From Setoptus koraiensis (lineage: Eukaryota > Animalia > Arthropoda), in NCBI GenBank assembly GCA_048013815.1, contig CM106586.1:15128001-15192000 (forward strand): 64,000 nucleotides of DNA, given 5' to 3'. The notes beneath the pieces are model-generated. The model saw nothing but the letters and a program-made list of their open reading frames with translations. It did no database searches and had not been told where the DNA came from. Positions 22,101-30,837 of the stretch are shown here, piece after piece. Made by a program: the position numbers and the translations under genes. Position 1 is the stretch's first letter. Every line of letters begins with the position of its first letter.

Positions 22101-25100
22101 CTGTCGGCGTCGGATAACGGTCACATATCCGCGCCACATCTGTACAATTTCATTCAAATATACGTATATAAATACATACATAAGCATTTTCCGTTGCCTA
22201 ACCGCCGCCTATTTGCCCCCGAACGCTTCTAACCTTAATTGACAATGCACTTGTGTGCCGCTGTGTGTCGCAGGGCCTCATGGAAAAGTTTCACCTGAAG
22301 GCCGTGTTCCTCGAGGAGCCCGCCTTCGTGAATTTGGCCGACCCGGACACCGAAACGGGCGAATGCAAAACAAATCGAGCCGTCAGGTGTCGTTATGTCA
22401 AGAAAAAGAAGGCGTCCCCCTCGTCGAGCAAATTATCCAAAATATCCGCTCCGAATGATATTGGCAGAGAGATGGCGCCAATGTCCAATGATAACTTCAC
22501 TATCGCTCGGCGACTCCATGCTGATCAGCTAATGCACAACACCAATAGACAGCGCGCCCTCGACGGCGATGGCAAGACCAACGCGCCGGTTAACGTGGCC
22601 CGATCAATGCGTCCGACACAAAACAATGATGGCTACAATAACCAAAATATTAATAATAATATCAATAATAATCAAAATAACGACAACGACGACGATTACG
22701 AGTACGAATACAAGTGTTGCAGCGGTTTCTGTATCGACCTAATGGAAAAGTTTGCCACAGATCTCAAATTTACCTACGATCTATACAGGTGAGCAGCGTG
22801 CATATTCCATAAAGCACAGCACGTTTAGATCACGTGATCTAGATTATATTATCTCTCGCAAACTGATCCCCAAATTTCTGTTTCCATTTTTCCCTGTTTA
22901 CGACCCACTCAACAGGGTCAAGGACGGCGTTTGGGGAGTTCTCAATGTAAGTTTTTGTAGTCAAATCCCTGGTTGACACTCGTTTTGTTTCGACAAGATA
23001 TAGTATGATTTGTTGCGACGTATCATTCGCGAATCAATGCGTAGATGGTCGTCTTATGAAAAATATCGCTCAGAATGGTTGTCGTTGTGGGACAATTCAT
23101 ATTATACACAATTTGAGCTGAGATTTAGCGCGAATTTCAGAGCATATGCGCGCCCCACAAACTGTTATCCATCAGCGGCGACCGCAGTATTAATGAATCG
23201 ATCAATCCATTGTCAGGTATCGCTTCTCGGCCTTATGGCTAAGATCAAAGTGTAGTATCTGTTCTTCCGTGCTTGACCGCACAGGACGGTACGCATGTCG
23301 TACCTAAGGTCAAAAGCAATCTTTCACGGGGATCACCTGGCTAGCTTGCTACCTGGTGATCACGGATCGCTATCGCATTGCACTAATTGCGACCTGCGGT
23401 CCACCCTTACTTTTTAAAACTAAACTAAACTAAACAAACCGGCGCGCCGGCCCGCGGTGCCCGGTTCGGTCTCCGCTGTCGGTGGCGCCCGAACCGGGTA
23501 ATCTGGGGACGGACCGGTCTGCGGCCCGAAGCGCCCTACCCAATCTATCGACTCAATCTCACACCTACACGCGTCCCCTCTAAACTGGAACGGCACTCAG
23601 AACGGCAAATGGAACGGACTCATAGCCGAGCTGGTGAACAGAAAGGCCGACGTGATCGTTACGTCGGTGAAAATCAATTCCGACCGACAGAAAGCAGTGG
23701 ATTTCACGGTGCCTTTCCTAGACACTGGCATATCGATAATTGTCAATAAGCAAACCGGTGTTATATCCAAGCTGGCCTTTTTAGGTAAGAATTGGCGCCC
23801 GCATGATTCGCATAACCCCCCATATGACTCATATGATATGAGCGCGTAGGCGCAAATCATTGAAATGATGATGGCAAGCCCTCTAAGTGCTGAAGTAATA
23901 CTGAATAATATATCCCCTGGTGAAATATTCTTTTGTTAATGTGCGCGCAAACCTGGGGCCCCCCGATGTCGTGAATAACAAACATCGAATGTCAGAACCG
24001 TTCGATACATTGGCCTGGCTAATGTTCATTGGCGTTGGAATTCCCGTTGCGGCCATCTCAATATTTTTCTTTGAATGGGCCTCACCGTCGGGATTTTACG
24101 CAAATGGAAAGCCGTCTGTAGACAGGAAGTTCTCGTTTTGTCGCACACTGTGGATGGTGATGGCCATTTTGTTTGGCTCGGCGGCGCACATCGACAGTCC
24201 AAAGGGCTACACGGCCCGTTTTATGGTGAGTTGAATAAGGTTGAGTATGATGAATAAATATGAACAAAATATGGCCCCAATATAGGCTCGCTTTCTGGCT
24301 CGCCAGTGAATAATCGCCTAATTCGCTGACGGATCGAGCTGAAAATGTCGCTTTTTTCTGTCACGGCGCGCGCATTAAACTGAACCAACCAATTGATCCA
24401 TTCCGCCACTGTCACACAAGGGCAACATCTGGGCCTCATTTGCGGTGGTATTTTTGGCTGTTTACACGGCCAATTTGGCGGCATTTATGGTGAGTCGACA
24501 CTGTTTCTGATTACCTCTGACGCGATATTATCATATCGAGATATCATCATATCGAGATATTATCATATCGCCCGCGACAAGCAATGCCCATTAACGATTT
24601 CTCCGCTGTTTGGCGTCTGTCTGTCTGGTCTGTTTGGTCTGTTTGGTCTGTCTGGTCTGTTTGGTCTGTCTGGGCTGTTTGGTCAGATAACTCGCGAGGA
24701 GTATCTCGACTTCTCGGGCATTGGCGACCGCCGACTGTACAACAGAAATCTGCCCCTTCGATTCGGAACCATTGCCGGCGGAAACACCGAGGCCGTGCTG
24801 AGCGCCAACAAGCCCAACCTGCACAAATACATGCAGCGATTCAATAAGAGCTCCTCGGAGGAAGGTAAGCGCCTCAATGGTCGCCACGACCACTGTTGGC
24901 CGCAATTATCGGCCACCACTCGCCACGAGCGGCCTTGCCATATTGCGCAATTTGTCTTATACACTGTGACTTAACCGCTGTGACTTTGACCACTTGACCC
25001 GAATTCCCGATGTCTCGTCTAGGTGTGAGCGCGGTGCGACAGGGCGCACTGGACGCCTTCATATACGACGCCGTCGTGCTGGACTATCTGGCCGGCCAAG

Positions 25101-26529
25101 ATCCCGATTGCAAACTCATCAATGTGGGCGCCTGGTATTCCATGACCGGCTACGCGTTGGCCTTTCCCAGAAATTCGCGATATTTTGAAAAATTCAATAT
25201 GAAAATGTTAGAGTATAGGAAAAATGGCGAATTGGACCGGCTCAGGCGATTCTGGTTGCAGGGATTGTGCAAGCCGGGCCAGAATAGACACAGCATCAGT
25301 AAACCGTTGGATCTGAGCCAATTTATGTCGGCGTTTTTGCTGCTGGGCGCGGGCATCCTTGTGTCCGTTTTAATATTTGCCCTGGAGCATTTGTACATTA
25401 TGTATCTTCGCGACAGACTCATCAGGAACAAGACGCGCAGACAACTGTTGGTCGAGTGGATCAGGCCCATCAGTCTAGTAAGTATCTAGCCTTGTCACAT
25501 GCCAATGATGTCAAACATATTTGGCCGTTTTTGGGTGCTAGTCGCAATCCGAAATGCGTGTCCAGCCACAAAGTGGCCCCAATTCACGCGAGCAACAATA
25601 ATACGAATCGTAATAATTTCGCCCACTGTGATTTCTAGCATGCATAGACTGATGTATTAACTGATTTTATATTTATTTATGTTTTCTGGCCCCACTTTCG
25701 TCGCCGCGGACAGAGCCTCGCCGACACACTGCGCGAACCGAGTCGCAGGAGCGCCGTGGAATTTTCCGAAGACGAGGACGCCGAATGTTGCGGCTGCTCA
25801 AGTTGCAACGAGCGATTCCGTGATTTAGTTGAGAAATTATCCAAGGCCAAAAGATGCATCAATGACCTGAAGAGTCAGATGCGCAAAAAGTCGCTTCCGC
25901 TCACCGTCAATCACTCTTCGACAAACTTAAACTATAATTGTGAACTCATGAACGACACTCGGTCGCAAGTTCAACTGACCCAATGCAAAAAACAAACAGT
26001 GCCCAAGAGATGCCACCAAGAAATGCAGGCGAAATCGGGCCCCGCCGCCATGGACGATTTGAGCGATGCTGATATTGAGCTCAATTCAACTACAAATCAG
26101 CGACAATTTATTGAGTGGTCCGACAAGGATTGTAAACCGGTGCAGTCTATTAAATATTATCCCACTTGCTCCTCAAATGTTACCAGTCCATATACAAATA
26201 ACCAAATCGATTGCGTCCGCAGAACACGGGACAAAAACCAGGAACAGTTGGTTATGAGAACATTTTGTCCGCATTCCTCCACGAAAACCAGTAAGGAACG
26301 AATTGATCAAAATGACAATTGGCATCTCTATGGTCTGGCCGAGTGTCCCAATTCCTGCCGTGCTGAACTCAGCGATAGTGTAACAACCATACGGGCAGTT
26401 TGTCACACTGACAGAGCTCATCATAAAACTTGCTCGGATATCTCTGACAGACCAGACAAGAAAATCGACGAACCGTTGGAACGGATCAATCGAGATGGCA
26501 GCGATCATGGCCCGGAAACTTTGTTGTGA
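8664..26529 (+). CDS. Nmdar2: NMDA-type ionotropic glutamate receptor NR2 (GluN2-like) subunit, 14 exons, about 1659 aa
   Basis: Exons: 8664-10351, 18358-18473, 18873-19010, 19382-19760, 21213-21318, 21696-21770, 22274-22788, 22916-22946, 23601-23784, 23996-24225, 24421-24489, 24687-24864, 25023-25477, 25714-26529. All introns are GT-AG and all phases are compatible. Motifs match arthropod Nmdar2: [105 protein letters not shown], and a C-terminal ETLL PDZ-type ligand. Confidence 0.95.
9786..9859 (+). repeat. 24-bp coding tandem repeat x3 (SKSSPASA) in Nmdar2 exon 1
   Basis: The unit AAATCGTCACCGGCATCGGCCTCG occurs three times in frame. Confidence 0.85.
23219..23406 (+). ncRNA. U2: U2 spliceosomal snRNA (divergent 3' half), nested in Nmdar2 intron 8
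   Basis: The 5' 48 nt, ATCGCTTCTCGGCCTTATGGCTAAGATCAAAGTGTAGTATCTGTTCTT, match the conserved U2 5' end, including the branch-point recognition sequence GTAGTA (23252-23257). Stems IIa, IIb, III and IV can be folded, and loop IV contains ATTGCAC. Length is about 188 nt, followed by a T-run. Confidence 0.93.
24617..24686. repeat. 9-bp tandem repeat (GTCTGTTTG/GTCTGTCTG) forming the acceptor tract of Nmdar2 exon 12
   Basis: About 7 degenerate copies end at the CAG acceptor at 24686. Confidence 0.8.
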
Positions 26530-26562
26530 CTTTGTTAGTTAAATTTTGCATTCTGTTGGAAA

Positions 26563-26568
26563 AATAAA
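26563..26568 (+). terminator. Putative polyadenylation signal of Nmdar2
   Basis: AATAAA lies 33 nt after the TGA at 26529. Confidence 0.4.
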
Positions 26569-26976
26569 TTTCACTGTGAATATCATGCAAGTTTCTCAGT
26601 CCGAAAATGACTTTGTTTCCTTCTTTTTCTGTTGAGTTATACAATCCGATGAGTTATACAATCCATTGAGTTATACAATCCGTTGAGTTGTAGAATAGCT
26701 TGCATCGCCCCGTTGAACATGTCGAAAACCGATGCGAAAACCGATGTGAAAACCAATTTGAAAAGCGATGTGAAAAGCGAGCTTTGTTCGGTGATTCGGT
26801 AGACCGGTCACGATGTGGTGTTTACTGGACTCGATCGAAATGGAGTTTTCAGTTTTCGACCGGCCTCACAAGCATCAAAATTTTATTCTCTGGAACCCAT
26901 AGTGTATCTCAATCTACTGACATTACCACTCAATCGTTCATTGAGAAAAATCCCTCGATTTTCGTAATCCTATGAC

Positions 26977-27922
26977 TAGGGCAAATCGGTTCCGAGCCGA
27001 ATCCAGTAATGAAGGATTTTGTTCCTGATTTTTATAATTGACCAAAAATTACTTCAACGTTCAAAGATATGGAACAATTACTAAATGATTACAGAATTAT
27101 GGACGACCAATTAGCTTATCTGGATATTCTATAATTACAACCAGAGTTTAATATACAAGAAGTATGGTCATTTGTGCCTGCCGAAACGAATCAATCGCAA
27201 AATTCTCTATATCCCATGGTCGATCCTAATGAAGTTTGTCCAATGCCGCCAATTACAGACGAGGTTTGTTCGCCAAAGGCGCGACCTAGCTCCTATAAAA
27301 TGGAGGTAAAGCATAGTGCTCGCCACTGTCAACAAAAACAGGGGATATCCAGCAGCAAAAAATTGACAGTTCGCGAGAGACAAGTCGAACTTCAAAGACA
27401 AGAAGCTCATCAATTGCAGTTGCGTGATTACTGGTGCATGGCAAAAACCCTAAGAATTTTCTGGCGAGTAATTCTTATCATAAGGATGATTTTGAGACGT
27501 ATTTGTAGTCACCGAAAAACCGGAATTCAACCATATTTTTCCCCATAATCACCGATTTTCACCAACTTGCACATAAGGACCGAAGTACGGGTGGTTTTCA
27601 TGAAAAAGAGTAGAAATTTAGCCCAAATTATAAAGAAAAGCTGCCCTGTCGGGGTTTCCGAGAGTCGGTTGCTGGGCACTTGATCAATGATTACTCGTGA
27701 TATTTTTTGACTTCGGTCAGCCGAACAAAGTCGCGCTGATATCATTCTCTCTGTCGGAAAACGCAACAAAACCATCGATTCTCGAAGCACCCTGCACTTA
27801 CTGTATATGGTGTTTCAAAAGTATCGAGACCCCAAAAAAACGAAAAAAACCGAGAAAATACTATATTTCCTCCCATAAGAACCGATTTTGGTTGATTTTA
27901 GTGAGTGATTTGCCCTACCCTA
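26977..27922. mobile_element. Non-autonomous hAT-like DNA transposon, about 946 bp
   Basis: TIR TAGGGCAAATC (26977-26987) pairs with GATTTGCCCTA (27907-27917), followed by an extra CCCTA to 27922. An identical 8-bp direct repeat, CCTATGAC, flanks it at 26969-26976 and 27923-27930. ACCGA/AAACCG subterminal motifs are present. Confidence 0.75.
27009..27548 (+). pseudogene. Decayed reading frame inside the hAT-like element
   Basis: One frame runs from ATG 27009 (MKDFVPDFYN*PKITSTFKDMEQLLNDYRIMDDQLAYLDIL*LQPEFNIQEVWSFVPAET...) into ORF 27174-27548, with two premature stops. No family recognised. Confidence 0.4.
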
Positions 27923-29686
27923 CCTATGACAAATTAGGGCGCAAATTTCAATAGAAACGAGCGAAACCTGCTGCAATCCGTGGACAAAAATGCTCCCCAA
28001 ACGACGTGCGGATCTATCAAAAAAAAAGTTTTTAACCGGCTAAAACTGAACCGATCCAGTCGACGCTACTGATCGGCTTTGATTGGCCTTTTTTCTTAAC
28101 TTTAACTTAAATTTAGACTCACGCCTCTATTATGAAAGCCCAAAAGCCACGTAGCCTCAAAGATGCCCGGAAATGCCCGCTTTCAGGCTGAGAATGTTCG
28201 TCTGTGAACTGAGTGTGATGTTTTTTAATTGTTTTTGCTTCAAATTGAGTTCATAAATAATAATTTCAAGTTCGAAAATAATAAGTTCTGTCTGGATCGT
28301 GTTGATGAAATATTCCAGTGAAATATTTTCATCATAACTAACGTGCTTTGAGCAGACGCGCAAGTGCTTCTTCAGCTCAATGAATTTTCTTTTTTTTTTG
28401 AACCAATTGTACACTTCTCGGCTCGCCTTCGTGGCCAAATGGCTGAATATAGCGGCATATGTCGATGTTATTTGTTTTCGTTGCGTGCTTTGCAACTATG
28501 TAGCGAGACACTCTCGAAGAATTATGATACTGGATGTGCAATAGTGAAAGCTTTACTGTTGTATTGCATGTCGAGCATTTGCATATACAAGTCAGAATTT
28601 CGGTTGTAGTGACTTCATTTTGAGCCAATTAGAGCACTGAATTGAATTTTTCGTCATAGTCAGCGGAGGATAGAAATGATCGCCTCCACTGCATAGATAA
28701 TCTAAGATGAAAGAAACGAGAACCATTCGCTATCATGGCGGGTTAAAGGTGAATTTATATTCGAGCACGTACGGAACTTGGCATCACCAGTACTGTGCAA
28801 AGGATGAATTGCACTCGGGAATCGGTTCGTGAAGTTTGGCAAATCAATTGCAATTTCACCTGCACATGAACGCAGCCAAATGAATTATTCGTGTATAAAA
28901 CGCAATGATTATCATATCCATAAACACGCACAATTCATAAGTCCCTTCCCGAAATTCAAAAGCATTCTAGTTGAAATGATATAATGTCGTTTGGGGGTTC
29001 ATTAACTGCATAGCTCATTTACATGAATAACGACATGTTTTTTTTACTGACAGAGCGCGTGTCGCATTCAATCGATTCATATCGACGGATTGAGCTCTGT
29101 TTTTCGGATCTATCAGACTGAGCGTCTGATAGATCCGAAAAACAGGGAGAGCTGCTAAACTAGCAGCTCTAGCAGCTCGAAAGATAGTGCGACGGTGACC
29201 TGGGTGCTCAGCCAAATTTATTATCGTGAAAACAAATAGTAATTTTTCGCTTTATTTGTACACGCGACGTGTCATGTAGTAGATACATGTGAGTACAATA
29301 CTTGTAACTGTTGCAAGATAAAAACAATTGTAATTGCATAACTACGAACGAGGAAATTGGCCCACTTGAGAGGATCAAATCGGATTGCTGTTGCCGTGGC
29401 TGTGAAGACGAAAAATAATGTAGTGTCAAGTTTGCTCGACAATGCAAGCAAATTGCGAAAAATTTCCAAAAAATATCTCAATTGGGGCCAAAAGTAACTC
29501 GAGCTCTTGTTTTGCTCAACCAACATTCGAGATCAAGTAAAGCATTTATGCTCACCGATCGCATTGTCGAATCAATGAATTCGCTTTCGAAATCAGCTAA
29601 TGAGCGAAAACATTGAAAAACCCATTGGCCAATGTCACAAACTGATACGTGAGTGAACTACAATTGCTGACTGTAATTGCACAGCC

Positions 29687-30837
29687 ATGGCTGAGGCGGA
29701 TAACTCAATCCCTTTGCGACAGGTGTCACTGGCGCAGGTAACATTCTCACAACATGAGACATCATCGGGCAATCAACAAATCAGTAGCAAACAAACTAGT
29801 AGTGGTATAGACATTATAGCCAATGTGGCACACAAACAAACATTGGCTCATAGAAAGAGGAAGGTCGAAAAAATTCTGAGATCCATCAAGGAAGAGGCGA
29901 ATGCTATAAACAAACAATTCAACTTAGACGCGACAGGTGAGTGGAATATTGTTGTTTGTGTCAATCCATATCTGCAGCCAACATCTAGTTAAAAGCCGGT
30001 GATTGCCGGCTTCTGACTGAATTCTGTATGTGTGTGTGTGTGTGTAACTCGTTAATTTGTCGTGATCACACAAGCTAATGAGCTTTTTTGCCTTTGGAAA
30101 GCATGAAAATTGTCCCGATAGCAATAATACATATTTGACAACTTCACCTAAATTGTGCACATATTTATCGCTGCCGATAACTAGTTGTGCTGCTTTTACG
30201 ACAGGTAGCGGTAGTTATGCAACACTATGCCATAACTTTGATATTGCTTGCTGTGTCGAAAGAGCCGCTTTCTTGCACTTTCAGTTAGACTGTCAGTTAT
30301 CGCCACTGTCACACTGTCACTTGTTGTTCATCGAAGCGCGAACAGATCGCCGATCGTTCCTAAATTTAAACTGTCGACAAAATGAAATCACAACAAATTG
30401 TGTTCACACAAGATAAGGATACATTTACGACATCTGCATATATCCGCGTATATCTGCGTATATCTGCGTATATTTGCGTAAATCTGCGTATATCTGCGTA
30501 TATCTGCGTATATCTGCGTATATCTGTTTATATCTGTGTGCAATAGTGAGTATATGGAAAACGGTTTAATTCGTGTATCACATTCGTCAGCTCACTGATC
30601 CAATTTAACTGGACGCGTGATATCATCGTCTCAGGCGCCTTGTGGCGATTTGCATACGGTATTATATTGCGTAATCTTTTGCTGTTTTTCACAGGTGGAG
30701 CCTCTTTTCGGTTCGAACTTGCAACAGCTTGTAAGTCGATCGGCCTTGATGTGGTGGCTTTCGATTCGAGAATCGGGCTCGCACCACGACAAGGAAGAAC
30801 AGAGAACAATCGATCATTCAAGAACATACAACAATAG
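29687..30837 (+). CDS. Candidate small orphan gene (two exons, about 131 aa)
   Basis: ATG 29687 is in good context (GCCATGG). The frame is open to donor G|GTGAGT at 29936. A strong acceptor, TTTTGCTGTTTTTCACAG, ends at 30694 and gives an in-phase exon 30695-30837. An alternative in-phase acceptor exists near 30204. No homology recognised. Confidence 0.3.
30440..30535. repeat. 10-bp tandem repeat (TATCTGCGTA)n
   Basis: About 9 near-identical copies. Confidence 0.85.

Noticed and set aside
28157-28495. Minus-strand ORF containing VYNWFKKKR, resembling homeodomain helix 3
   Set aside because: Helices 1-2 are not present at the right spacing, there is an upstream in-frame stop, and the Lys run comes from a poly-A tract.
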